A stretch of 64,000 nt of DNA from Phyllosticta citribraziliensis (taxonomy: Eukaryota). The position numbers and the translations under genes were made by a program. The stretch is from positions 434,001 through 498,000 of the forward strand of contig NW_027117339.1 in NCBI RefSeq assembly GCF_038025025.1. Direction: 5' to 3'. This document shows, in pieces, positions 25,001 through 38,035 of the stretch; within the stretch, counting starts at the first letter, position 1, and every line of letters starts with the position of its first letter. The notes below the pieces were generated by a model. The model searched no databases. It worked only from the letters and a program-made list of their open reading frames with translations, and had not been told where the DNA came from.

Positions 25001-25798
25001 ATCGCTCGCAGCTAGCTTCTTGAGCTCGTTCCTCGATCGCCGGGGCTGATAGACGGGCAAGGCCGCTTCGAAAGAATCAGTACTGTCGGACACTTGGCTA
25101 CCTGGCGCTTTTGTCTTACACTTCATGGTGGGAAGGTCGAGGGCATTGTTGCCAATGTTGACAAACTCGTGGAGGCGCGTCGAATCAGTGGCTTGCTTGA
25201 GCGCATCATAGTCGACCATCAAAAAATTGCCATGCTGGACCGGGGTCGGAGCCGGGGGAAAGTTGGCTACGGGCATCGAGGGAATGGCATTGGCGGTAGG
25301 AGGAGTGTGAGAGTAGTCACGGGGCTGACCCGGGACGTTGGGTTTGTGTTGATGCTGAGGCTTGAAGTCAGTCGAAATGGCACAAGACGTTGGAATCAGG
25401 GGGAGATTGGTACCTGGTAATTGGGTCCATAGGGCGACTGGATGGTCTTTGGGGCAACAAGGGTTGTCTGCGTGGTGGCATGTGGCGGATACATGGGGTT
25501 ATTCGAGTCGTATTGCTGGTCAGGGGCAGACGAGTTGGTCATGAGGGCGGGATCCAGGGCAGCTTGTTGCTGGTGGTTGTCGAATTGCTGGCGGATGGCG
25601 CCATGATTGGCCACGGGGAAGGACTGGCTCGGAAAAGGCGCAGGACTGTCAGAGAAGTCACGGCCGTAGAGAGGATTGGAGTCGAAGGCGGCAGGCAGGG
25701 TTGGCTGTTGATGCTGCTGCTGCTGCTGCCAGGCGGATCCGGGGCGGGGCACGTTTTGGTGGGTAGTGTTGTTTTGATAGTGGCGCTGGTCATGGTTC

Positions 25799-25834
<36 letters not shown>

Positions 25835-25935
25835 CACTGGCCATCATGGGGAGCGGGTTGGAACAAGTTATTATGGTAGCCAGCAAGCTGTTGGCCGGGT
25901 TGGTGTTTATCGAGGTGCACGTGATTGGAAGCCAT
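22039..25935 (-). CDS. PNUTS/Ppn1/Ref2-like PP1 nuclear targeting subunit (TFIIS-N-like helical region, KVKW PP1 docking motif, C-terminal CCCH zinc finger); exons 25935-25414, 25360-24988, 24940-24445, 24077-23975, 23922-22039
   Basis: Four GT..AG introns join five ORF pieces in frame; LEKTKLIGALKRY (TFIIS-N-like), RRRLKVKWVD...LVSVRLF (RVxF-type plus downstream hydrophobic motif), CRFWKEGKCIKGDKCTYLH (C-x7-C-x5-C-x3-H). Confidence 0.8.
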
Positions 25936-26506
25936 GTTGAGCGGGGGTAATTGACCCAAACAAGGCTAGCGTCGGCAGGACGGAAAGACGTCCGATTGGC
26001 AGTGACGCAGAGCACTAGGCGCGAACAGGGCCAATTTGGCGGTCGAAGAAGAAGTGGTGAGGAGAAGCCGAAGGCCGCTCAGTGGCTCTCTGGGTGCCCA
26101 GGGCAAAGCCAAAGAGGGCCAGCCCCGAATGCGTACCGTATCCGTCCCCGGCTTGTCAGAGGGCCGCCCTGCAGCTGTCTGTCTGTGATGTGGACTTGGC
26201 CCGCCTGCCGTTCAGTTTGTGTGCTTGCTTGCCTGCTTGCTTGCCTGCTGACTTGTCCCCGACTCTCTCTCTGTGGGCGATGATCAGAGGGGAAAAAAGC
26301 AACGAGCGATCAATCCTGGCCCACGCAGCCTCCGATGCAACAGAGTATTCTTGCGCGACAGCCGTCGCAAAGGTTGTCCGGAGGTTGCAGTTTCAAAGCC
26401 GAGAGAATCGCCCGACAAACAGCGCCTTCTCCAGCGACCTGAGCGCACAGCGACGCGAGCCTGCTTACCGACCAGACTTTGTTCTTGGTGTAGGATTGCT
26501 GCTGCG

Positions 26507-26989
26507 ATGAGCGACCGTCACTCCAACTCTGCCTCCCACGATGCGACTGCGACTGCGACGCGAGGTGCGAAAACCTTTCGCCGCCTGGGTCAACCCTTTC
26601 CTCCAGAGCCAGTTATCTGGCGGGGCACCACAGCAATCGAAGAGTTCACTTATGACGGGAGTTACGCAAGGGAACGGGTAGAAGATGAGCGAGCCGCCAT
26701 GGATGCGATGATGAAGGGAAACTGGAGCCTTCAAGTCTTTGAAGGGGCGAGGGCGGAGGTGTTGGGGAGACGAGGGACCGCGACAGACGGCCGACCAGAC
26801 GAGAGTCCAAATAGCCCGCCGCCCGGCGCCCGCCCCAGCGCACGTGCCCCCCGGACTAGCCCCGATCGGGCGCCCACCAGCACCCGGCCACCTGCCTGCG
26901 AGCCGGCGCATCACCATCCTGGCGCCGTGGCCTCTCCAAGACTACACAGAACTTCCATTCGCGCCCATTTCTCGCGCCCTCTGACCTGA
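26507..26989 (+). CDS. Possible small hypothetical protein between the PNUTS-like gene and SLY1
   Basis: ATG-initiated 160-codon ORF with a protein-like core (GQPFPPEPVIWRGTTAIEEFTYDGSYARERVEDERAAMDAMMKGNW); no family recognised. Confidence 0.3.
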   Translation: MSDRHSNSASHDATATATRGAKTFRRLGQPFPPEPVIWRGTTAIEEFTYDGSYARERVEDERAAMDAMMKGNWSLQVFEGARAEVLGRRGTATDGRPDESPNSPPPGARPSARAPRTSPDRAPTSTRPPACEPAHHHPGAVASPRLHRTSIRAHFSRPLT

Positions 26990-27040
26990 CCTGACCTGAC
27001 CTGACCCGACCTGCGCTCGCCCTCGCCCTCGCCCTCGCCC
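26981..27040. repeat. (CTGAC)5 followed by (GCCCTC)n short tandem repeats just upstream of SLY1
   Basis: Directly visible. Confidence 0.8.
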
Positions 27041-27120
27041 CTCGTCTGCGCATGCTGCAACCCTCGATTGCTCGGGAAAGCCAGTAGCTGCCGCGCTGCC
27101 CCCCAAGCCCCATCGGCGCC

Positions 27121-29470
27121 ATGGCTGCTCCCACCACCACCTCCGCCTACCACAGCTTGAGGGACCGCCAAGTTGGTGTGGAAGCCCACGCGGACTCTCA
27201 CATGGCCGCCTGCTAACACGATCTTGTAGCCTCCATCGAAAAGATCCTCAATCTCAACCAAATCTCCGAACAAAACGCAGACGAACACCATGATTCCAAC
27301 CCCAACGGCCTGCTGCCCAAATCCACTCCCATACTCGACGCGAATGGCCAGCCAATCTGGAAAGTCCTGGTCTTTGACAATCTGGGGAGGGACGTCATCA
27401 GCAGCGTCCTCCGGGTCAATGACTTGAGAAGCTGGGGGATCACGATACACCTGTAGGCATTCCCGTTCGCGCCATCCAAGACCATCTGCCGACAACTGTT
27501 GACACCTTGCGCCAGGAATATCAACACGATCCGCCATAGCATCCCCGACGTCCCCGTAATCTACCTTGTCGAACCGAATCCCCAGAACCTAGACCTCATT
27601 ACATCCGACTTGGCCCGCGGGCTCTACTCCCCTGCTTATGTTAATTTTCTCTCTTCGATACCCCGTCCGCTCCTGGAGGACTTTGCCGCCAAGACTGCTG
27701 AGCATGGAACCGCGGAGCAACTCGCGCAAATATTTGACCAGTACCTCAACTTCATCGTCTCCGAGCCCGACCTGTTTAGCTTGGGTATGGGCAAGGAAAC
27801 GTACTGGACTCTGAACAGCGCACAGGTGCACGATGACGTCCTCGACGCCGCTGTAGAACGGATAGTGAGTGGCTTGTTTAGCGTGGTGGTCACAATGGGT
27901 GAGATTACTTCTCCCAAAAAGCAGGCGAGCTACCCGGCTGACGACAACAGGGAATATACCCATCATCCGCTGCCCCAAAGGCGGCGCAGCAGAAATGATT
28001 GCAGCCAAGCTCGACCGCAAGCTCCGCGACCACATTCTAAACTCGAAAGACAATCTCTTCTCCAATTCAACCCACAAGGGGTCGGCAGGTCACACGCCTT
28101 CGTCGAGGCCCGTTCTCGTCATTGTGGACCGCAATGTCGATTTGATCCCAATGCTGTCGCACTCCTGGACCTACCAATCCCTCGTACACGATGTGCTAAA
28201 AATGCACCTCAATCGCATCACCGTTGAGTTGCCAGTGGACGAAACCAATCCTGCCAAGGGAGTAACCAAAAAGTCGTACGACTTGAATGCCAACGACTTC
28301 TTTTGGTCCATGAATGCGAGCGCGCCGTTCCCAAATGTTGCCGAGGCCATCGACTCTGAGTTGCAGAAGTACAAGCAGGACTCGGACGAAATCACGAAAA
28401 AGACGGGCGCCGCTTCATTAGACGACCTTCAAAATGACAGCAGTGCGTCGGTGAAACAGCTCGGTGCCGCCATCACACTGTTGCCGGAGCTGAGGGAGAG
28501 AAAGGGACTCTTGGATATGCACATGACCATTCTCACTGCGTTGCTCAAGGCTATCAAGGATCGCCAGCTGGACAACTATTTCCAAATAGAGGAGAATATC
28601 ACAAAACATTCCAAAAGCCAGATGTTGGATCTCATCAAAGACAACGAAAAGGGCAATGAACCAATGGACAAGCTGCGTCTCTTCATCATCTGGTTCTTGA
28701 GCACAGAGCAAGAGGTCTCTCGGACGGACATGGAAGGCTTCGACCAAGCACTTCGAGCGGCAGGGGCCGACACGGCTTCGCTGAGCTACGTAAAGACGTG
28801 GGTTGCGTGTTTCCTGGCATTACGGTACCTGTTTTACTGACCACCCACTTGCAGAGTACGAGAAATCACACGCATGACAATGATGTCATCGGCGCCCTCG
28901 CAGCCTGCACCGTCGTCGGCATCGAGCGACCTCTTCCGCGGCTTCAGCTCCCTCTCCAACCGGCTGACGGATCGCTTCAAGGATGCTGGCCTTGGGTCCA
29001 ACTTTGAAAACCTCATCTCGGGCGTCAAGAACTTTTTACCAGCAAATAAAGATCTGACTTTAACCAAGATTACCGAATCGATAATGGATCCGCAAAACGC
29101 ATCCTCGTCTGCCATTGCAAAGACGGAAAACTACCTCTACTTTGATCCGCGCAGCGCCAACGCCAGGGGGACCATGCCTCCGGCGAGCCAAGCGCGGAAC
29201 CAACCAGGCGGTCTCGGCGGCGTGGGCCGGGGCATCGAGGCGAGCTTTGGACAGAGACGGCAGGGGTTCAGCGAGGCCATTGTCTTTACGGTGGGCGGTG
29301 GCAGCATGGACGAGTACGGCAACTTGCAAGAGTGGGCCACGAGGACCAGCGGAGGAGGTGCGCCGGGTGCTGGGCCTCGAAGAAGGGTGGTTTACGGCAG
29401 CACAGAGCTTGTCAATGCCGACGACTTTATCAACAGCGAGCTGGCGAAGCTGGGCAGAGAGAGTACTTAG
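27121..29470 (+). CDS. SLY1: Sec1/Munc18-family ER-Golgi protein Sly1; exons 27121-27175, 27230-27452, 27516-27898, 27951-28797, 28855-29470
   Basis: SLRDRQVASIEKILNLN, WKVLVFD.LGRDVISSVLRVNDLR..GIT, IPDVPVIYLVEP, DRNVDLIPMLSHSWTYQSL, AIVFTVGGG...EY.NL, YGSTEL; four in-frame introns. Confidence 0.96.
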
Positions 29471-30084
29471 AAACGCGCATGCCGGGCGGCAAAATGCAAG
29501 CTGTGTTGACGCTGTGTTTTAGACGTTCTTGTGTGATGTGAGTGGGCTGATGACTTGGGATATGCGAACGTTGAGCTTCTTGGCTAAGAATAGGTGCGTG
29601 CGGAACTCGCAGGCGTCCGTGCTAGAGCTAGTGAGGACGCTGGAAGTTTGACGTCTGGCCTATCACGATGCGGAGAACAGGAGCTGTCGTTGGACGATGG
29701 CGTCGCAGCAGTCAGCCACCGGCAGCCAAGAATGTGTCGAGTCTGTTGAGCTACAGTGCCCGGACCTAGAGCTGTTGTTGCCGGCGGGCTGGAGGGCGTA
29801 AGTGTTCTAGAAGGTTCGCGACAAGTGTGCAGCGGCAACGCAACGTTAGCCAGGTGTGTACTTGTCAGATCACGGGCGTTGAGCTGGTCGGTCCCGGTCG
29901 TCGGTCGATCTCTGGTGGTGGTGCTTTCAGCCATGTCATGATTCGCCAAGACTCTGTTGCTTCGACCGGACCTCCAACGGCCATTTCTTGAACTGGCAAG
30001 GCAGAACGCCAACCCAACTCCATCCCAGCAACACGCCCACCTCCGCCCTCTCTCGACGCCCCTCTTCTCACCCACGCTCTCATC

Positions 30085-32235
30085 ATGGCTCCTCCTCGCC
30101 GCCGCACCAATCTTCTCAGACGGCGCAGGCGTGACGCCGAGGACGATGAGGGGGCCACCGAGCGCGCCGACGATTCGCAGAGCGAGGCTTCCTTCCTGAG
30201 CGACGAGGACCAAGACGCCGACGCCAGCGACCTCAGCGATGGCGAGTCTGTCGCCACGCGCAACGGGAGGAACAAAGCCTCCTCCAACCCCTCGGCCGCG
30301 CCCGCCGCTCCGCCTGCGCCGACAGCTTCGTTTGCTCCCGCATCCGACACCGACGCCATGATGAACGGCATCAAGGCCTCGCACGACGCCGCCCAGGCCG
30401 TTGACTTTGACAAGCTTGGAGACGACGCCCAGGACAATGCTCAACACGAGCCAGCCCCGATCACCGCCGCTGCCGGCGTTACACAAGCTCCTCCGACTGG
30501 TCAGCAATCGACGGCTGCGAGCTCGACAAGCCGACTCGAGACACCAGCGGAGCGTAGACGACGCGAGCACGAAGAGTACAAGAAAAAGCGCGACGAAGAT
30601 CCGGCCTTCATCCCCAATCGCGGCGCCTTTTTCATGCACGATCACCGCTCGCCCGGTGCTGGGCCCAACGGATTCAAGCCGTATGGCAGAGGCAGAGGCC
30701 GTGGCCGAGGAGCTGTTGGCGGTCCCTTCTCGCCTGCAAGGTACGTCCACCCCACACCGTCCCATCTGCATATGAGTCACCGGGACTGACATGTCCTTCA
30801 AAGCTTAATGGCACGAGACGATGCCGCAACGAGCGCTCCTTGGACCCATGACCTCCACGAAACCCTCGAAGAGTCTCAACCCCAGCCCGCCGGCGCTCTC
30901 CCTACATATGAATCTCACCATCTTCCAACCGACCTGACACAACCACCTAAACCTTCTTCACAAAATGCATCCTCAACACCTCCCGTCAAGTCCTTCTCGT
31001 CCACGAAGCTGGTTGGAAATGCACGCATCCGTGTGTCAATAGCTGGCATGAAGGCGCCGATATACTTCTCCGAGGTGCCCATTCGGGAATACACAAAGCT
31101 TCCCAATCACCGTCCGCCGCTCCGCCGGGACAAGCCCGTCCGCATTTCTCTGCCGGAACAACCACCGCGCTACATATTCCCTGCTACGGAACGATCCTTC
31201 ATCTTCATCCCCCGTGCGTTGAGACCGAACCAGCAAGGATTTGGGAGAGGAAGGGGACGTTTTGGCTCATATGGAGGTTTCTCAAGCAGAAGAACAAGTG
31301 CATATGGTGGGAGTGTATACACTCCAAGTGTGCTGAGCAGGCGCTCGTCTTTGGCAAGGGACTATCGCGCCGATGGTCTTGTCTCGCCGGCCGGATCCAT
31401 GATGTCCAGGCCCCCGGGTGCGCCAATGGATCCTAACAGGCCCGTGGTGCGACTTCCGCCAGGGGCACAATCGATTCCATCAGGACCACCAAGTCAAGCA
31501 GCCTCAGTGCACGGGGGAGCTACACCAGCTTTCAACATGCCGCCTCAGCAAGGTTACCCCTTGCCACAAGGACCAGCCTACCGGGAAAGATGGGGTGCAC
31601 CTATACCCATGCACCAGCCAAAGCCCCAGAAACAAGTGTCCATGGCCGGCATCGAATCGCCAGCAAATCTGGCCGTCCACGCCCCTCAGCAGCAAGAGCA
31701 AGTGCCCTTTCACCAGCAAGTTCCTCTCAACCCCAACGGTGCTCCGCCTCCACCGTCATATCCTGCCCACGTCTCGACCGGGACTCCTCTTTCCAACATT
31801 CCAGAACGTGCAATTCACGCGCAACCCTTCCAACCCTACCAACAGGCCGGGTACGCCCCCCAAGGATTCGCAGCTCCCGCGTACTACTATCCTCCCGCTC
31901 CTCCTGGACAGTATCCGCCTGGCTCGGTTGTCCCCATGTTTATGCCGAACCCGCAGCAAGGCGGTTACCAAGCTCCAGCCCCCGTCCCCGCGAGCGTGCC
32001 CGCCCCAGCGCCTGCAGGCCCACCGGCTCAGGGTGGCATGGTCGCGCATGAGCAGAATGGCATGGTATACTATTACGACCCAGGCCAAATTGCTTACGCC
32101 GCACCTGTGGAAGGATATCCACCGCCTGCGAACTACACAGTGCCTGGAATGGGTGGCATGATGACGCCCAGCCCAGACGGATACTACTACCCCCAAGTAC
32201 CACCCGGTGGAATGGTCTACTATGCCACGCAGTGA
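30085..32235 (+). CDS. CASC3/Barentsz (Btz) eIF4AIII-binding domain protein with Pro/Tyr-rich tail; exons 30085-30740, 30804-32235
   Basis: EYKKKRDEDPAFIPNRGAFFMHDHR...WTHDLHE Btz signature; RG-rich stretch; intron 30741-30803 in frame. Confidence 0.85.
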
Positions 32236-33740
32236 GCCAAGTGGGCAATCAGGGTCGTGGGGACGAGTCTTTGGATGTGACTGGTTGGCGTTTGGGACGC
32301 TTCCACCCCCCTTTGATGCTCTTATCAAAAATCTGTTCTTTGCCGACAACCCCCCCTTGCCCCACTTGTTTGATTTTTCATGCCCTCTCAGCAGGATTAA
32401 TGCAGGAGGTTTCGACATCATCAATGCTCAGCCTGATTTTACTTCATTTGCAGCGATGCACTGTTTTCAAGATGCCCCGGGCCTGTTTTTACCTTTTTGC
32501 TTTCTTTTTTTCCCATTTGTTTCGCCGTCTCGGTTTTTCCTGGAATCATCGGTTTCTGACTCTTGCTTCAGCTTCTTATTTCGATTCTTGCTGCGGCAGG
32601 TTGCAGCCGCGTTGGGCCATGACGGCCAAGGAGATTGGTTTCTGACGTTCAACCTCGGACGACTCACTCCTTCCTTTTCTTCGCACATGTTGCACCGTTT
32701 TCTGTAAGACGACACGAGAAGCACACATTGGCTTCTTCCATTTCCTCTCCTCACCATTTCTCTGACGTGCTCTTTTCTTTTTCTTTCAATGCGTGGGCTT
32801 GCTTAGCTTTCTACACTATCTCATTGGTTCGGAGTAGCGAGCGAAGGAGCACTGGCGATTGGTCTTCTATTAACTTTGTTTCATTGCTTGCCTTTTATTC
32901 TTCTCTTCTTCGACGCCTTCTTCTCCATGTTCTCTTTCTTTGTTGTTTTCAGGGGGGGAGGGTGTCGTTTTCGCGCTAATTTGCCGTCGTCTCGTGGCTC
33001 GTTATCGATCACGTCGGATGCCCGAGCAAAGGGAGGGCTGGTGAGAGCAGCATCAACGCTACAGTCTTTGGGGATGGAGCGGTGCGCGAGTGCTTTCAAT
33101 CGATCGCGGCTGGCTGGCATCAGAGCTAAACATGACTCTTTCCTAGTGGCTCGCGACGTGGAAGTCGCCTAGTCTGTTGCCACTGGCGGGCGCTCGTTGT
33201 GGACCTATTTTCTCTCCATCCAGAACCACTTGCTTTTCTGAACCCAACGTATCTAAATGGAGCAAGCTTGGACGTGTCATGGTGTATCGACGAAACAGGC
33301 ACTGCCGTGACCAACCCCCACGGCCCCCGGTACGAATAAGATGATCAGTCGTCTATCTGGGCGCGTGAACAGGCGGCACGTTGGGAAGTCAAATGTGAGG
33401 CAGAAAGAGAGTGCTTTTTATATCTGCATGACACACGAACACGAGAATTCCACACCCTTGTAAACGGCGCTGACGGCGCACCTACCTTCCTACCCGGGGC
33501 CACATTGCTCCGCTGTGTCAATTAGGCAACGAAACAACACAGACGGGCGGGCTAGTGGGCGGCTATTGGGTGGCTGGGTGGCGCACCGTGCTTGCCCGCT
33601 TGTTTGTGCTGTGTGTGTTGGGCTACGTGGCGCTGCTCTGGCGATGGTTTCGTCGCGTATGTAAGACGTAAGAAGAACTGACGTGATGTCAGATAGATAG
33701 GTAGCGGATGGTGGGAAAGGCGAGAATAGGTAGAGAATTG

Positions 33741-33743
<3 letters not shown>

Positions 33744-33805
<62 letters not shown>
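33744..33805. repeat. (GA)31 microsatellite
   Basis: Perfect 62-nt GA run in the Btz-OSH3 intergenic region. Confidence 0.97.
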
Positions 33806-33808
<3 letters not shown>

Positions 33809-34836
33809 CGTTCGGTTCGGCGCTGGGCTGGCTCCGCGACCCGGGCGGGCAGACCGGGTGACCGAGAGCGTGGCTACTTGGCCATCGGACGGCACGGTTT
33901 GTCGTGGTCTTGGTTTCCCGAGCGGTTCCTGGCCGGAGTGGATGGCTAGGTACCTTGCCGACGACGTCAGGGGTGCACAGGGGAGATGGCGGGTACCTAA
34001 GGAAGGTAACGGAGGAGGGGGCGGCGGAGTGGGGCTGGGATGACGAGGGACGGGGAGGCGGAAGGAGACGGGAGCGAGTGGATTTGGGCAAGACGTGTTC
34101 TGTTGTTTGCTGGGCTCGACGGCATGACGGTGACGATGGCGGTGGTGGTGGTGGTGGTTTGGTTTACTCTCCCGGATCCGGATTGGACGGACGGACGGGG
34201 TGACGGAGCGACATGACATGGAAGGGGACTGAAGCATGCTTGATTAATGTAAACACGAACACGTCTCCAACTCGCCCTCATCATACATCATCTATACAGC
34301 CAAGGTGATGCTGACGCTCCGGCCCGCGCTCAAGCTCCGAAACCAGGGACAGCAGAAAAAGAAAAAAAGGGCTCCCTCGCATCGCATGGATCCATCCTGA
34401 TCCTGGAGCTCCTCCCCCGAAGCTCGAGCTCCCTTCTCCGTACTGCACTGCACCTCCAGTCGCTCCGACACGCCGACGCCCGCTCCCTCTCAATCACCCA
34501 TCCCCTTTGACCTCCGCAACCGCTGGATTCCTCCTCCACCTTATTCTCATCCTCTACTCGCTGAACACTCCGCCCTGCCGTAACCACTCGTCCTCCCGCT
34601 CGCCCTCCGCGCAGCCCCCACCAAGTCCAAGACTCTGACCGCCTCCCTTACTCCCGACACCTTGATCCCTAGTCCATTGGCTCCGACATGCACACCTAGC
34701 CTTTCTGGTACTTCCTTGAGCGCACCACCTTTCAACTCGCTCTTCTCACCAAAACTCGCGCGCCTATCCTCTCTCTCTCTCTTCACAATTCCCACCCCAC
34801 GCGGCAGGCAGCAACCAACCCAGAGCTTTGCCCACC

Positions 34837-37800
34837 ATGGCGGGCATGGAGCAGCTGCAGGTACATAGCAAGGTAAGACGGCTGGGTCCATCTGGAGCAG
34901 AACCAAGCAGCAGTGTAATGACACGCATGCGCATTGTGCTAGAGCTATCTTGTCCGCTGGATCAACGTCCCCGCCGGCCACTCCATTTCGTGGAGCATCC
35001 AGCCCCACAAGAAGTCGCTCAACTTTGGCATCTTCAAACACCCAGGCACCAAGAACGGCGAAGCTCCTAACCTGCCCTCAACCGCCACCGCCGCCATCAC
35101 AGACTCGCCCTCGACCGCTACAGGCGGCGATGCCTCGTTCGCGACGGACAATCGAAAACGAGCCTCTAGCCTAGGGGCGCCCCCTGGCGTCAAGATCTCA
35201 CAGAATGATCGGACATTGGTACTGGAAAAGCTGTCAAGCATAGGCTTGAAGCCAGTGGCATGGAAGGGCAAATGCGAGGCCGACAAGGTGTCCATGGGCC
35301 GCTACGACGTGCCCGAGGGCGAGGGCGGCATGTACGGCCTCGTATTCGACAACACTTTCAGCAAGCAGGTCGCAAAGACGGCCACTTTTGTCCTCATGAC
35401 GCACCCGACCAACGCGCCGCCCAAATCTGGCCACCATCTTCACTTTTCGCACGCCGTCAGCGGCAATACCGGGTCCAACAAGTCCTCGCCCAAGTTCGCC
35501 CCCGAGACCAACTTTGGCGACTCGACCGAGAGCCTGTCCCAGGACCAGGTCGCGGCGGACCCGAGGCCTAAGAGCAGACACATTGTCGAGGCGACGACGC
35601 CCGGTGGCAGCTTGTTTTACACGGGCGTCTTGCTCAAGAAAAGGCGGAAGAGGAACCAGGGATACGCGCGGCGCTTCTTCAGTCTGGATTACACGTCCAA
35701 CACGCTGTCTTACTACCAAAACAGACAGTCGTCCGCGCTGCGTGGCGCCATTCCGCTGTCCCTGGCTGCCATTTCGGCAAACGAAAAGACAAGAGACATT
35801 AGCGTGGACAGCGGCGCCGAGGTATGGCATTTGCGTGCCAACAACCAAAAAGACTTTGAGGCGTGGAAGGAGGCACTTGAGAGGGCCACGAGGCAGGCGA
35901 CCCAGCTCCCGAGCGCAGAGGCCAAGGAGGCGCAGGGATTCGAATGGCCAACGGACCCCAAGGTCACCACCGAAGCAGACGAGCGCGACTGGGGCCGCGT
36001 GGAAGCGCTCGTAGGAAGAGTGTCAGGGACCAGGGATGCGGTAAGAAGGCTGGCCAAGGATACTGATCCCAAGGGTCCGCCGCCTACTCCTTCGGCCGCC
36101 AGCAGCGTCAAGGGCAGCAGCGCCTTGAGCGGCATGATGAGTCCCTCCTTGGCCAGCCCGAGCGACTCGGAGTCGGCAGAGTATTTCAAAGACGATTCGG
36201 ACGCCAAGTCTGAGAAGAAGAGCTCTGCGTTTTGGAAGAGGAAGCCGAGCGCGTCCACGACCGCCGCGTCTGCTGGTCTCTTTAGGAGGAGCGTGTCGGC
36301 GCAGGTTCCGGCACCTGGTAACGTTCCCCCTGTGCCCCCGCTGCCGAATGGCATATCTACATCATCTCTCAGCGTCCAGAACCGGCCCGGCAGCTCGCGC
36401 GCGCCGGTCGAGGACAGCATCCACGAAAATGTCATCGCTATCCTGCGCGACCTGGACTCTGTCGTTGCAGAGTTTTCTGCACTGCTCTCGGAAAACAAGG
36501 CCAGGCGAACGCCCGCCACGCCTGCGCCTGTGGAGTCGCGCAAGAGCATCGATTCGGCGTCGGACGAGGAGTTCTTTGACGCGACTGGGGGCGATGACCG
36601 TGAAAGCACTCGCAACTCCAAGATCCTCACCATCCGCCAAGACAGCGACGAGCCGGCCGAGGATGCCGCGGACGAGGTCTCGGATGGCGAGTCGGAGGCT
36701 AGCAGTGAGGGAGAGACTGTCGGCGCCTTTGACAAGGGCGCTGACCAGCCCGGGCTGCTGCCACCCAAGCCCAAGACGCTGACGCCTTTGCCGCTTGAGA
36801 GGGTCTCGAGGAGGGACACTGTGCCGCCGGCCAAGGTCGCGCCGCCCAGCTTGATTGCGTTTCTCAAGAAAAACGTCGGCAAGGATCTCAGCACCATTGC
36901 AATGCCCGTCTCTGCAAACGAGCCTACGTCGCTGCTCCAGCGTGTGGCGGAGCAAATGGAGTACAGCGAATTGCTGGACAAGGCGGCCACAGCCAGTCCT
37001 GACGATGGCACTCGCATCCTGTACGTCACGGCTTTTGCCATTTCGTCCTTTAGCAACAACCGCGTGAAGGAGCGGGCCATCCGCAAGCCATTCAACCCCA
37101 TGCTCGGCGAGACGTACGAGCTCGTTCGCGAGGACAAGGGGTTCAGGTTCCTGGCCGAAAAGGTGTCTCACCGTCCGGTCCGCATGGCCTGCCAGGCGGA
37201 AGCTAGCAGCTGGACGTTTCTGCAGGCCCCAATGCCGGTCCAAAAGTTTTGGGGCAAGTCTGCCGAACTCAACACGGACGGGCGCGCGCGCGTGTTCCTC
37301 TATCCCCCCTACTCGCCAGAAGGCACCGTCGAGCACTACAGCTGGACCGTGGCGACGTCGTTCCTGCGCAACATCATTGCCGGCGAAAAGTACGTCGAGC
37401 CCGTCGGCACCATGACGGTCGTCAACGAATCGACGGGCGCTCGCGCCGTCGCCACATTCAAGTCCGGCGGCATGTTTGCGGGCCGCTCCGAAGACGTCTC
37501 GGTGCAGTGCTTCGCGCCAGGCCAACCGCACAACTCCGCCTCGCCGATGCCTCTCGGCCTCGTTGGCAAGTGGACGCAGGAATTGCGCTTCACCGTTAAC
37601 AGCGCGCCCGACGCGTCGCGCAGCGAGCCCGCCTGGCGCGCTGGCGCCCTCGTCGACAAGCCCGAAAAGCGCTTCGGCTTCACGACGTTCGCGGCCGCAC
37701 TCAACGAAATCACGCCCGTCGAGCACGAGCACCTGCCGCCGACCGACTCGCGGCTACGGCCCGACCAGCGCGCGGCCGAGGAGGGCGACCTCGACGCCGC

Positions 37801-38035
37801 CGAGTCGCTCAAGGCGCAGCTGGAGGAGCGGCAGCGCGAGCGCAGGCGGCAGATGGAGGAGAAGGGCGAGGCGTGGAACCCGAAGTGGTTCGTCAAGGTC
37901 GGTGGAGGGGAGGGCGGCGAGGATGGCGGTGATCGCGAGGAGTGGCGGCTCAAAGGTGGGCGGGAGGGGTACTGGGAGGAGAGGGCTAGAGAGGATGGGC
38001 GGTGGGACGGCGTCGTCAATGTGTTGGAGTTGTAG
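34837..38035 (+). CDS. OSH3: Oxysterol-binding protein Osh3 (GOLD + PH + FFAT + ORD); exons 34837-34872, 34943-38035
   Basis: MEQLQVHSKSYLVRW...HKKSLNFGIFKHP GOLD start, LVFDNTFSK, PH LKKRRKRNQGYARRFF, EEFFDA FFAT, RKPFNPMLGETYE, EKVSHRP, PTDSRLRPDQR. Confidence 0.95.

Noticed and set aside
33552..34237. ORFs with SLSLSL/ERERER runs
   Set aside because: Artefacts of the (GA)31 microsatellite
35713..37732. Long antisense ORFs (474 and 456 aa) opposite OSH3, and similar ones opposite the Btz and MFS genes
   Set aside because: Expected stop-poor shadows of GC3-rich coding sequence
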